This document shows positions 15,395 through 30,700 of a stretch of DNA of 64,000 bases, piece after piece (position 1 is the stretch's first letter; every line of letters starts with the position of its first letter). The DNA comes from the human T2T-CHM13v2.0 reference genome, Homo sapiens: NCBI RefSeq assembly GCF_009914755.1, contig NC_060937.1. One strand, written 5' to 3'. A model generated the notes under the pieces. It had not been told where the DNA came from and did no database searches. It worked only from the letters and a program-made list of their open reading frames with translations. The translations under genes were made by a program, and so were the position numbers.

Positions 15395-16920
15395 ATAAAA
15401 TAACAAAGTACACAAACTATACATTATATACTGTACATAAAATATGAAATTACATCAAATATATATTAGGTACATAAAATATGAAAGTACATCAAATATA
15501 GATTATATACTGTACATAAAATATCAATGTACCCCAAATATATATTTTATACTATACATGAAATATCAAAGTTCACAAACCATATATTGTATACTGTACA
15601 TAAAATATCAAAGTACCCAAGGTATATGTCCTATACTGTACAAAAAATATCAAAGTACCCAAAGCATGTATTATATACAGTACATAAAATATGAAAGTAT
15701 ATCAAATATATATTTTATTCCGTACATAAAATATCAAAGTACACCAGATATATATTCTATAGTGTACATAAAATATCAAAGTACCCAAACTATACATTAT
15801 ATACTGTGAATAAAATATGAAATTACATCAAATATATTTTATATTAGGTACATTAAATATGAAAGTACATCAAATATAGATTATATACTGTACATTAAAT
15901 ACCAAAGTACCCCAAATATATATTTTATACTGTACATGAAATATCAAAGTTCACAAACTATATATTATATACTGTACATAAAATATCAAAGTAACCAAGG
16001 TATATATTCTATACTGTACAAAAAATATCAAAGTACCAAAAGCATGTATTATATACTGTACATTAAATATGAAAGTACATCAAATATATATTTTATTCTG
16101 TACATAATATATCAAAGTACACCAGATATATATTCTATAGTGTACATAAAATAACAAAGTACACAAACTATACATTATATACTGTACATAAAATATGAAA
16201 TTACATCAAATATATATTAGGTACATAAAATATGAAAGTACATCAAATATAGATTATATACTGTACATAAAATATCAATGTACCCCAAATATATATTTTA
16301 TACTATACATGAAATATCAAAGTTCACAAACCATATATTGTATACTGTACATAAAATATCAAAGTACCCAAGGTATATGTCCTATACTGTACAAAAAATA
16401 TCAAAGTACCCAAAGCATGTATTATATACTGTACATAAAATATGAAAGTATATCAAATATATATTTTATTCCGTACATAAAATATCAAAGTACACCAGAT
16501 ATATATTCTATAGTGTACATAAAATATCAAAGTACCCAAACTATACATTATATACTGTGAATAAAATATGAAATTACATCAAATATATTTTATATTAGGT
16601 ACATTAAATATGAAAGTACATCAAATATAGATTATATACTGTACATTAAATACCAAAGTACCCCAAATATATATTTTATACTGTACATGAAATATCAAAG
16701 TTCACAAACTATATATTATATACTGTACATAAAATATCAAAGTAACCAAGGTATATATTCTATACTGTACAAAAAATATCAAAGTACCAAAAGCATGTAT
16801 TATATACTGTACATTAAATATGAAAGTACATCAAATATATATTTTATTCTGTACATAATATATCAAAGTACACCAGATATATATTCTATAGTGTACATAA
16901 AATAACAAAGTACACAAACT
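15395..16920 (+). repeat. Tandem duplication, period 751 bp (378+373), with a third copy at about 19573-20323
   Basis: ORF triplets at 15444/16195/19616 and 15936/16687/20108. Shared variants are ggtatatgtcc, ttccgtac, ctgtgaata and gtaaccaagg. Confidence 0.92.
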
Positions 16921-18779
16921 ATAAATTATATACTGTACATAAAATATGAAATTACATCAAATATATATTAGGTACATAAAATATGAAAGTACATCAAATA
17001 TAGATTATATACCGTACATAAAATATCAATGTACCCCAAATATATATTTTATACTATACATGAAATATCAAAGTTCACAAACCATATACTGTATACTGTA
17101 CATAAAATATCAAAGTACCCAAGGTATATATTCTATACTGTACAAAAAATATCAAAGTACCCAAAGCATGTATTATATACTGTACATAAAATATGAAAGT
17201 ACATCAAATATATATTTTATTCTGTACATAAAATATCAAAGTACACCAGATATATATTCTATAGTGTACATAAAATATCAAAGTACCCAAACTATACATT
17301 ATACACTGTACATAAAATATGAAATTACATCAAATATATATTATATTAGGTATATAAAATATGAAAGTACATGAAATATAGATTATACACTGTACATAAA
17401 ATATCAAAGTACCCCAAATATATATTATATACTCTACATGAAATATCAAAGTTCACAAACTATATATTATATACTGTACATAAAATAAAGTCCCCAAGGT
17501 ATATATTCTATACTGTAGAAAAAATATCAAAGTACCCAAAGCATGTATTATATACAGTATATAAAATATGAAAGTACATCAAATATATATTTTATTCTGT
17601 ACATAATATATCAAAGTACACCAGATATATATTCTATAGTGTACATAAAATAACAAAGTACAAAAACTATAAATTATATACTGTACATAAAATATGGAAT
17701 TACATCAAATATATATTAGGTACATAAAATATGAAAGTACATCAAATATAGATTATATACTGTACATAAAATTTCAATGTACCCCAAATATATATTTTAT
17801 ACTCTACATGAAATATCAAAGTTCACAAACCATATATTATATACTGTACATAAAATATCAAAGTACCCAAGGTATATATTCTATACTATACAAAAAATAT
17901 CAAAGTACCCAAATCATGTATTATATACTCTACCTAAAATATGAAAGTACATCAAATATATATTTTATTCTGTACATAAAATATCAAAGTACACCAGATA
18001 TACATTCTATAGTGTACATAAAATATCAAAGTACCCAAACTATACATTATATACTGTACATAAAATATGAAATTACATCAAATATATTTTATATTAGGTA
18101 CATAAAATATGAAAGTACATCAAATATAGATTATATACTGTACATTAAATACCAAAGTATCCCAAATATATATTTTATACTGTACATGAAATATCAAAGT
18201 TCACAAACTATATATTATATACTGTACATATAATATCAAAGTACCCATGGTATATATTCTATACTGTACAAAAAATAACAAAGTACCAAAAGCATGTATA
18301 ATATACTGTACATAAAATATGAAAGTACATCAAATATATATTTTATTCTGTACATAAAATATCAAAGTACACCAGATATATATTCTATAGTGTACATAAA
18401 ATATCAAAGTACCCAAACTATACATTATATACTGTACATAAAATATGAAATTACATCAAATATATATTATATTAGGTACATAAAATATGAAAGTACATCA
18501 AATATAGATTATATACTGTACATTAAATACCAAAGTACCCCTAATATATATTTTATACTGTACATGAAATATCAAAGTTCACAAACTATATATTATATAC
18601 TGTACATAAATTATCAAAGTACCCAAGGTATATATTCTATACTGTACAAAAAATATCAAAGTACCCAAAGCATGTATTATATACTGTACATAAAATATGA
18701 AAGTACATCAAATATATATTTTATTCTGTACATAATATATCAAAGTACACCAGATATATATTCTATAGTGTACATAAAA

Positions 18780-21116
18780 TAACAAAGTACACAAACTATA
18801 CATTATATACTGTACATAAAATATGAAATTACATCAAATATATATTAGGTACATAAAATATGAAAGTACATCAAATATAGATTATATACTGTACATAAAA
18901 TATCAATGTACCCCAAATATATATTTTATACTATACATGAAATATCAAAGTTCACAAACCATATATTTTATACTGTACATAAAATATCAAAGTACCCAAG
19001 GTATATGTTCTATACTGTACAAAAAATATCAAAGTACCCAAAGCATGTATTATATACTGTACATAAAATATGAAAGTACATCAAATATATATTTTATTCC
19101 GTACATAAAATATCAAAGTGCACCAGATATATATTCTATAGTGTACATAAAATATCAAAGTACACAAACTATACATTATATACTGTACATAAAATATGAA
19201 ATTACATCAAAAATATATTATATAAGGTACATAAAATATGAAAGTACATCAAATATAGATTATATACTGTACAATAAATACCAAAGAACCCCAAATATAT
19301 ATTATATACTGTACATTAAATACCAAAGAACCCCAAATATATATTATATACTCTACATGAAATATCAAAGTTCACAAACTATATATTATATACTGTACAT
19401 GAAATATCAAAGTACCCAAGGTATATATTCTATACTGTACAAAAAATATCAAAGTACCCAAAGCATGTATTATATACTGTACATAAAATATGAAAGTATA
19501 TCAAATATATATTTTATTCTGTACATAATATATCAAAGTACACCAGATATATATTCTATAGTGTACATAAAATAACAAAGTACACAAACTATACATTATA
19601 TACTGTACATAAAATATGAAATTACATCAAATATATATTAGGTACATAAAATATGAAAGTACATCAAATATAGATTATATACTGTACATAAAATATCAAT
19701 GTACCCCAAATATATATTTTATACTATACATGAAATATCAAAGTTCACAAACCATATATTGTATACTGTACATAAAATATCAAAGTACCCAAGGTATATG
19801 TCCTATACTGTACAAAAAATATCAAAGTACCCAAAGCATGTATTATATACTGTACATAAAATATGAAAGTATATCAAATATATATTTTATTCCGTACATA
19901 AAATATCAAAGTACACCAGATATATATTCTATAGTGTACATAAAATATCAAAGTACCCAAACTATACATTATATACTGTGAATAAAATATGAAATTACAT
20001 CAAATATATTTTATATTAGGTACATTAAATATGAAAGTACATCAAATATAGATTATATACTGTACATTAAATACCAAAGTACCCCAAATATATATTTTAT
20101 ACTGTACATGAAATATCAAAGTTCACAAACTATATATTATATACTGTACATAAAATATCAAAGTAACCAAGGTATATATTCTATACTGTACAAAAAATAT
20201 CAAAGTACCCAAAGCATGTATTATATACTGTACATTAAATATGAAAGTACATCAAATATATATTTTATTCTGTACATAATATATCAAAGTACACCAGATA
20301 TATATTCTATAGTGTACATAAAATAACAAAGTACACAAACTATACATTATATACTGTACATAAAATATGAAATTACATCAAATATATATTAGGTACATAA
20401 AATATGAAAGTACATCAAATATAGATTATATACTGTACATAAAATATCAATGTACCCCAAATATATATTTTATACTATACATGAAATATCAAAGTTCACA
20501 AACCATATATTGTATACTGTACATAAAATATCAAAGTACCCAAGGTATATGTTCTATACTGTACAAAAAATATCAAAGTACCCAAAGCATGTATTATATA
20601 CTGTACATAAAATATGAAAGTACATCAAATATATATTTTATTCCCTACATAAAATATCAAAGTGCACCAGATATATATTCTATAGTGTACATAAAATATC
20701 AAAGTACACAAACTATACATTATATACTGTACATAAAATATGAAATTACATCAAAAATATATTATATAAGGTACATAAAATATGAAAGTACATCAAATAT
20801 AGATTATATACTGTACAATAAATACCAAAGAACCCCAAATATATATTATATACTGTACATTAAATACCAAAGAACCCCAAATATATATTATATACTCTAC
20901 ATGAAATATCAAAGTTCACAAACTATATATTATATACTGTACATGAAATATCAAAGTACCCAAGGTATATATTCTATACTGTACAAAAAATATCAAAGTA
21001 CCCAAAGCATGTATTATATACTGTACATAAAATATGAAAGTATATCAAATATATATTTTATTCTGTACATAATATATCAAAGTACACCAGATATATATTC
21101 TATAGTGTACATAAAA
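18780..21116 (+). repeat. A-B-A block: two 793-bp segments, each with a 10-monomer unit, 1544 bp apart around a 751-bp segment
   Basis: Near-identical 250-aa ORFs at 18823 and 20367. Both have gtgcaccag, caaaaatatattatataagg and a doubled ccaaagaacccc monomer. Confidence 0.88.
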
Positions 21117-22719
21117 TAACAAAGTACACAAACTATACATTATATACTGTACATAAAATATGAAATTACATCAAATATATATTAGGTACATAAAATATGA
21201 AAGTACATCAAATATAGATTATATACTGTACATAAAATATCAATGTACCCCAAATATATATTTTATACTCTACATGAAATATCAAAGTTCACAAACCATA
21301 TATTATATACTGTACATAAAATATCAAAGTACCCAAGGTATATATTCTATACTGTACAAAAAATATCAAAGTACCCAAAGCATGTTTTATATACTCTACA
21401 TAAAATATGAAAGTACATCAAATATATATTTTATTCTGTACATAAAATATCAAAGTACACCAGATATATATTCTATAGTGTACATAAAATATCAAAGTAC
21501 CCAAACTATACATTATATACTGTACATAAAATATGAAATTACATCAAATATATATTATATTAGGTACATAAAATATGAAAGTACATCAAACATAGATTAT
21601 ATACTGTACATTAAATATCAAAGTACCCCAAATATATATTTTATACTGTACATGAAATATCAAAGTTCACAAACTATATATTATATACTGTACATAAAAT
21701 ATCAAAGTACCCAAGGTATATATTATATACTGTACAAAAAATATCAAAGTACCCAAAGCATGTATTATATACTGTACCTAAAATATGAAAGTACATCAAA
21801 TATATATTTTATTCTGTACATAAAATATCAAAGTACACCAGATATATATTCTATAGTGTACATAAAATATCAAAGTACCCAAACTATACATTATATACTG
21901 TACATAAAATATGAATTTACATCAAATATATATTATATTAGGTACATAAAATATGAAAGTACATCAAATATAGATTATACACTGTACATAAAATATCAAA
22001 GTACCCCAAATATATATTATATACTCTACATGAAATATCAAAGTTTGCAAACTATATATTATATACTGTACATAAAATAAAGTCCCCAAGGTATATATTC
22101 TATACTGTAGAAAAAATATCAAAGTACCCAAAGCATGTATTATATACTGTATATAAAATATGAAAGTACATCAAATATATATTTTATTCTGTACATAAAA
22201 TATCAAAGTACACCAGATATATATTTTATAGTGTACATAAAATAACAAAGTACACAAACTATAAATTATATACTGTACATAAAATATGAAATTACATCAA
22301 ATATATATTAGGTACATAAAATATGAAAGTACATCAAATATAGATTATATACTGTACATATATTATCAATGTACCCCAAATATGTATTTTATACTCTACA
22401 TGAAATATCAAAGTTCACAAACCATATATTATATACTGTACATAAAATATCAAAGTACCCAAGGTATATATTCTATACTGTACAAAAAATATCAAAGTAC
22501 CCAAAGCATGTTTTATATACTGTACATAAAATATGAAAGTACATCAAATATATATTTTATTCTGTACATAAAATATCAAAGTCCACCAGATATATATTCT
22601 ATAGTGTACATAAAATATCAAAGTACCCAAACTATACATTATATACTGTACATAAAATATGAAATTACATCAAATATATATTATATTAGGTACATAAAAT
22701 ATGAAAGTACATCAAATAT

Positions 22720-24440
22720 AGATTATATACTGTACATAAAATTTCAATGTACCCCAAATATATATTTTATACTCTACATGAAATATCAACGTTCACAAAC
22801 CATATATTATATACTGTACATAAAATATCAAAGTACCCAAGGTATATATTCTATACTATACAAAAAATATCAAAGTACCCAAAGCATGTATTATATACTG
22901 TACCTAAAATATGAAAGTACATCAAATATATATTTTATTCTGTACATAAAATATCAAAGTACACCAGATATACATTCTATAGTGTACATAAAATATCAAA
23001 GTACCCAAACTATACATTATATACTGTACATAAAATATGAAATTACATCAAATATATTTTATATTAGGTACATAAAATATGAAAGTACATCAAATATAGA
23101 TTATATACTGTACATTAAATACCAAAGTATCCCAAATATATATTTTATACTGTACATGAAATATCAAAGTTCACAAACTATATATTATATACTGTACATA
23201 TAATATCAAAGTACCCATGGTATATATTCTATACTGTACAAAAAATAACAAAGTACCAAAAGCATGTATAATATACTGTACATAAAATATGAAAGTACAT
23301 CAAATATATATTTTATTCTGTACATAAAATATCAAAGTACACCAGATATATATTCTATAGTGTACATAAAATATCAAAGTACCCAAACTATACATTATAT
23401 ACTGTACATAAAATATGAAATTACATCAAATATATATTATATTAGGTACATAAAATATGAAAGTACATCAAATATAGATTATATACTGTACATTAAATAC
23501 CAAAGTACCCCTAATATATATTTTATACTGTACATGAAATATCAAAGTTCACAAACTATATATTATATACTGTACATAAATTATCAAAGTACCCAAGGTA
23601 TATATTCTATACTGTACAAAAAATATCAAAGTACCCAAAGCATGTATTATATACTGTACATAAAATATGAAAGTACATCAAATATATATTTTATTCTGTA
23701 CATAATATATCAAAGTACACCAGATATATATTCTATAGTGTACATAAAATAACAAAGTACACAAACTATACATTATATACTGTACATAAAATATGAAATT
23801 ACATCAAATATATATTAGGTACATAAAATATGAAAGTACATCAAATATAGATTATATACTGTACATAAAATATCAATGTACCCCAAATATATATTTTATA
23901 CTATACATGAAATATCAAAGTTCACAAACCATATATTTTATACTGTACATAAAATATCAAAGTACCCAAGGTATATGTTCTATACTGTACAAAAAATATC
24001 AAAGTACCCAAAGCATGTATTATATACTGTACATAAAATATGAAATTACATCAAATATATATTTTATTCCGTACATAAAATATCAAAGTGCACCAGATAT
24101 ATATTCTATAGTGTACATAAAATATCAAAGTACACAAACTATACATTATATACTGTACATAAAATATGAAATTACATCAAAAATATATTATATAAGGTAC
24201 ATAAAATATGAAAGTACATCAAATATAGATTATATACTGTACAATAAATACCAAAGAACCCCAAATATATATTATATACTGTACATTAAATACCAAAGAA
24301 CCCCAAATATATATTATATACTCTACATGAAATATCAAAGTTCACAAACTATATATTATGTACTGTACATGAAATATCAAAGTACCCAAGGTATATATTC
24401 TATACTGTACAAAAAATATCAAAGTACCCAAAGCATGTAT
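22720..24440 (+). repeat. Dispersed copy of about 17750-19470 (offset 4970 bp)
   Basis: ORF pairs at 18294/23264 (identical) and 18823/23793. Shared variants are gatatacattc, aagtatcccaa, acccatgg, cccctaat, cataaattatc and the doubled gaacccc monomer. Confidence 0.88.
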
Positions 24441-25029
24441 TATATACTGTATATAAAATATGAAAGTACATCAAATATATATTTTATTCTGTACATAAAA
24501 TAGCAAAGTACACCAGATATATATTCTATAGTGTACATAAAATAACAAAGTACAAAAACTATAAATTATATACTGTACATAAAATATGAAATTACATCAA
24601 ATATATATTAGGTACATAAAATAAGAAAGTACATCAAATATAGATTATATACTGTACATAAAATATCAATGTACCCCAAATATATATTATATACTCTACA
24701 TGAAATATCAAAGTTCACAAACCATATAATATATACTGTACATAAAATATCAAAGTACCCAAGGTATATATTCTATACTTTACAAAAAATATCAAAGTAC
24801 CCAAAGCATGTATTATATACTGTACATAAAATATGAAAGTACATCAAATATGTATTTTATTCTGTACATAAAATATCAAAGTACACCAGATATATATTCT
24901 ATAGTGTACATAAAATACCAAAGTACCCAAACTATACATTATATACTGTACATAAAATATTAAATTACATCAAATATATATTATATTAGGTACATAAAAT
25001 ATGAAAGTACATCAAATATAGATTATATA

Positions 25030-27725
25030 CTGTACATTAAAAACCAAAGTACCCCAAATATATATTTTATACTGTACATGAAATATCAAAGTTCACAAAC
25101 TATATATTATATACTGTACATAAAATATCAAAGTACCCAAGGTATATATTCTATACTGTACAAAAAATATCAAAGTACCCAAAGCATGTATTATATACTG
25201 TACCTAAAATATGAAAGTACATCAAATATATATTTTATTCTGTACATAAAATATCAAAGTACACCAGATATATATTCTATAGTGTACATAAAATATCAAA
25301 GTACCCAAACTATACATTATATACTGTACATAAAATATGAAATTACATCAAATATATATTATATTAGGTACATAAAATATGAAAGTACATCAAATATAGA
25401 TTATACACTGTACATAAAATATCAAAGTACCCCAAATATATATTATATACTCTACATGAAATATCAAAGTTCACAAACTATATATTATATACTGTACATA
25501 AAATAAAGTCCCCGAGGTATACATTCTATACTGTAGAAAAAATATCAAAGTACCCAAAGCATGTATTATATACTGTATATAAAATATGAAAGTACATCAA
25601 ATATATATTTTATTCTGTACATAATATATCAAAGTACACCAGATATATATTCTATAGTGTACATAAAATAACAAAGTACACAAACTATAAATTATATACT
25701 GTACATAAAATATGGAATTACATCAAATATATATTAGGTACATAAAATATGAAAGTACATCAAATATAGATTATATACTGTACATAAAATTTCAATGTAC
25801 CCCAAATATATATTTTATACTCTACATGAAATATCAAAGTTCACAAACTATATATTATATACTGTACATAAAATATCAAAGTACCCAAGGTATATATTCT
25901 ATAATGTACAAAAAATATCAAAGTACCCAAAGCATGTATTATATACAGTACATAAAATATGAAAGTACATCAAATATATATTTTATTCTGTACATAAAAT
26001 ATCAAAGTACACCAGATATATATTCTATAGTGTACATAAAATAACAAAGTACACAAACTATAAATTATATACTGTACATAAAATATGAAATTACATCAAA
26101 TATATATTAGGTACATGAAATATGAAAGTAGATCAAATATAGATTATATACGGTACATAAAATATAAATGTACCCCAAATATATATTTTATACTCTACAT
26201 GAAATACCAAAGTTCACAAACCATATATTATATACTGTACATAAAATATCAAAGTACCCAAGGTATATATTCTATACTGTACAAAAAATATCAAAGTACC
26301 CAAAGCAGGTATTATATACTGTACATAAAATATGAAAGTACATCAAATATGTATTTTATTCTGTACATAAAATATCAAAGTACACCAGATATATATTCTA
26401 TAGTGTACATAAAATACCAAAGTACCCAAACTATACATAATATACTGTACATAAACTATTAAATTACATCAAATATATATTATATTAGGTACATAAAATA
26501 TGAAAGTACATCAAATATAGATTATATACTGTACATAAAATATCAAAGTACCCCAAATATATATTATATACTCTACATGAAATATCAAAGTTCACAAACT
26601 ATATATTATATACTGTACATAAAATATCAAAGTACCCAAGGTATATATTCTATAATGTACAAAAAATATCAAAGTACCCAAAGCGTGTATTATATACTGT
26701 ATATAAAATGTGAAATTACATCAGATATATATTTTATTCTGTACATAAAATATCAAAGTACACCAGATATATATTCTATAGTGTACATAAAATATCAAAG
26801 TACCCAAACTATACATTATATACTGTACATAAAATATGAAATTACATCAAATATATATTATATTAGGTACATAAAATATGAAAGTACATCAAATATAGAT
26901 TATATACTGTACATTAAAAACCAAAGTACCCCAAATATATATTTTATACTGTACATGAAATATCAAAGTTCACAAACTATATATTATATACTGTACATAA
27001 AATATCAAAGTACCCAAGGTATATATTCTATACTGTACAAAAAATATCAAAGTACCCAAAGCATGTATTATATACTGTACCTAAAATATGAAAGTACATC
27101 AAATATATATTTTATTCTGTACATAAAATATCAAAGTACACCAGATATATATTCTATAGTGTACATAAAATATCAAAGTACCCAAACTATACATTATATA
27201 CTGTACATAAAATATGAAATTACATCAAATATATATTATATTAGGTACATAAAATATGAAAGTACATCAAATATAGATTATACACTGTACATAAAATATC
27301 AAAGTACCCCAAATATATATTATATACTCTACATGAAATATCAAAGTTCACAAACTATATATTATATACTGTACATAAAATAAAGTCCCCAAGGTATACA
27401 TTCTATACTGTAGAAAAAATATCAAAGTACCCAAAGCATGTATTATATACTGTATATAAAATATGAAAGTACATCAAATATATATTTTATTCTGTACATA
27501 ATATATCAAAGTACAGCAGATATATATTCTATAGTGTACATAAAATAACAAAGTACAAAAACTATAAATTATACACTGTACATAAAATATGGAATTACAT
27601 CAATTATATATTAGGTACATAAAATATGAAAGTACATCAAATATAGATTATATACTGTACATAAAATTTCAATGTACCCCAAATATATATTTTATACTCT
27701 ACATGAAATATCAAAGTTCACAAAC
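25030..27725 (+). repeat. Duplication at offset 1877 bp (about 25030-25850 vs about 26905-27725)
   Basis: ORF ends 25506/27383 and starts 25712/27589. Shared variants are cattaaaaaccaaag, aaataaagtcccc, ggtatacattc and tatggaatta. Confidence 0.85.
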
Positions 27726-30700
27726 CATATATTATATACTGTACATAAAATATCAAAGTACCCAAGGTATATATTCTATACTATACAAAAAATATCAAAG
27801 TAGCAAAGCATGTATTATATACTGTACCTAAAATATGAAAGTACATCAAATATATATTTTATTCTGTACATAAAATATCAAAGTACACCAGATATATATT
27901 CTATAGTGTACATAAAATATCAAAGTACCCAAACTATACATTATATACTGTACATAAAATATGAAATTACATCAAATATATTTTATATTAGGTACATAAA
28001 ATATGAAAGTACATCAAATATAGATTATATACTGTACATTAAATACCAAAGTACCCCAAATATATATTTTATACTGTACATGAAATATCAAAGTTCACAA
28101 ACTATATATTATATACTGTACATATAATATCAAAGTACCCAAGGTATATATTCTATACTGTACAAAAAATAACAAAGTACCAAAAGCATGTATAATATAC
28201 TGTACATAAAATATGAAAGTACATCAAATATATATTTTATTCTGTACATAAAATATCAAAGTACACCAGATATATATTCTATAGTGTACATAAAATATCA
28301 AAGTACCCAAACTATACATTATATACTGTAAATAAAATATGAAATTACGTCAAATATATTTATATTAGGTACATAAAATATGAAAGTACATCAAATATAG
28401 ATTATATACTGTACATTAAATACCAAAGTACCCCAAATATATATTTTATACTGTACATGAAATATCAAAGTTCACAAACTATATATTATATACTGTACAT
28501 AAATTATCAAAGTACCCAAGGTATATATTCTATACTGTACAAAAAATATCAAAGTACCCAAAGCATGTATTATATACTGTACATAAAATATGAAAGTACA
28601 TCAAATATATATTTTATTCTGTACATAATATATCAAAGTACAGCAGATATATATTCTATAGTGTACATAAAATAACAAAGTACACAAACTATACATTATA
28701 TACTGTACATAAAATATGAAATTACATCAAATATATATTAGGTACATAAAATATGAAAGTACATCAAATATAGATTATATACTGTACATAAAATATCAAT
28801 GTACCCCAAATATATATTTTATACTATACATGAAATATCAAAGTTCACAAACCATATATTGTATACTGTACATAAAATATCAAAGTACCCAAGGTATATG
28901 TTCTATACTGTACAAAAAATATCAAAGTACCCAAAGCATGTATTATATACTGTATATAAAATATGAAAGTACATCAAATATATATTTTATTCTGTACATA
29001 AAATATCAAAGTACACCAGATATATATTCTATAGTGTACATAAAATAACAAAGTACACAAACTATAAATTATATACTGTACATAAAATATGAAATTACAT
29101 CAAATATATATTAGGTACATAAAATATGAAAGTACATCAAATATAGATTATATACTGTACATAAAATATCAATGTACCCCAAATATATATTTTATACTCG
29201 ACATGAAATATCAAAGTTCACAAACCATATAATATATACTGTACATAAAATATCAAAGTACCCAAGGTATATATTCTATACTGTACAAAAAATATCAAAG
29301 TACCCAAAGCATGTATTATATACTGTACATAAAATATGAAAGTACATCAAATATATATTTTATTCTGTACATAAAATATCAAAGTACACCAGATATATAT
29401 TCTATAGTGTACATAAAATATCAAAGTACCCAAACTATACATTATATACTGTACATAAAATATGAAATTACATCAAATATATATTATATTAGGTACATAA
29501 AATATGAAAGTACATCGAATATAGATTATGTACTGTACATTAAATACCAAAGTACCCCAAATATATATTTTATACTGTACATGAAATATCAAAGTTCACA
29601 AACTATATATTATATACTGTACATATAATATCAAAGTACCCAAGGTATATATTCTATACTGTACAAAAAATATCAAAGTACCCAGAGCATGTATTATATA
29701 CAGTACATAAAATATGAAAGTACATCAAATATATATTTTATTCTGTACATAAAATATCAAAGTACACCAGATATATATTCTATAGTGTACATAAAATAAC
29801 AAAGTACACAAACTATAAATTATATACTGTACATAAAATATGAAATTACATCAAATATATATTAGGTACATAAAATATGAAAGTACATCAAATATAGATT
29901 ATATACTGTACATAAAATATCAATGTACCCCAAATATATATTTTATACTCTACATGAAATACCAAAGTTCACAAACCATATATTATATACTGTACATAAA
30001 ATATCAAAGTACCCAAGGTATATATTCTATACTGTACAAAAAATATCAAAGTACCCAAAGCATGTATTATATACTGTACATGAAATATGAAAGTACATCA
30101 AATATATATTTTATTCTGTACATAAAATATCAAAGTACACCAGATATATATTCTATAGTGTACATAAAATATCAAAGTACCCAAACTATACATTATATAC
30201 TGTACATAAAATATGAAATTACATCAAATATATATTATATTAGGTACATAAAATATGTAACTACATAAAATATAGATTATATACTGTACATAAAATATCA
30301 AAGTACCCCAAATATATATTATATACTGAACATGAAATATCAAAGTTCACAAACTATATATTATATACTGTACATAAAATATCAAAGTACCCAAGGTATA
30401 TATTCTATAATGTACAAAATATATCAAAGTACCCAAAACGTGTATTATATACTGTATATAAAATATGAAATTACATTAAATATATATTTTATTCTGTACA
30501 TAAAATATCAGAGTACACCAGATATATATTCTATAGTGTACATAAAATATCAAAGTACCCAAACTATACATTATATACTGTACATAAAATATGAAATTAA
30601 ATCAAATATACATTATATTAGGTACATAAAATATGAAAGTACATCAAATATAGATTATATACTGTACATTAAATACCAAAGTACCCCAAATATATATTTT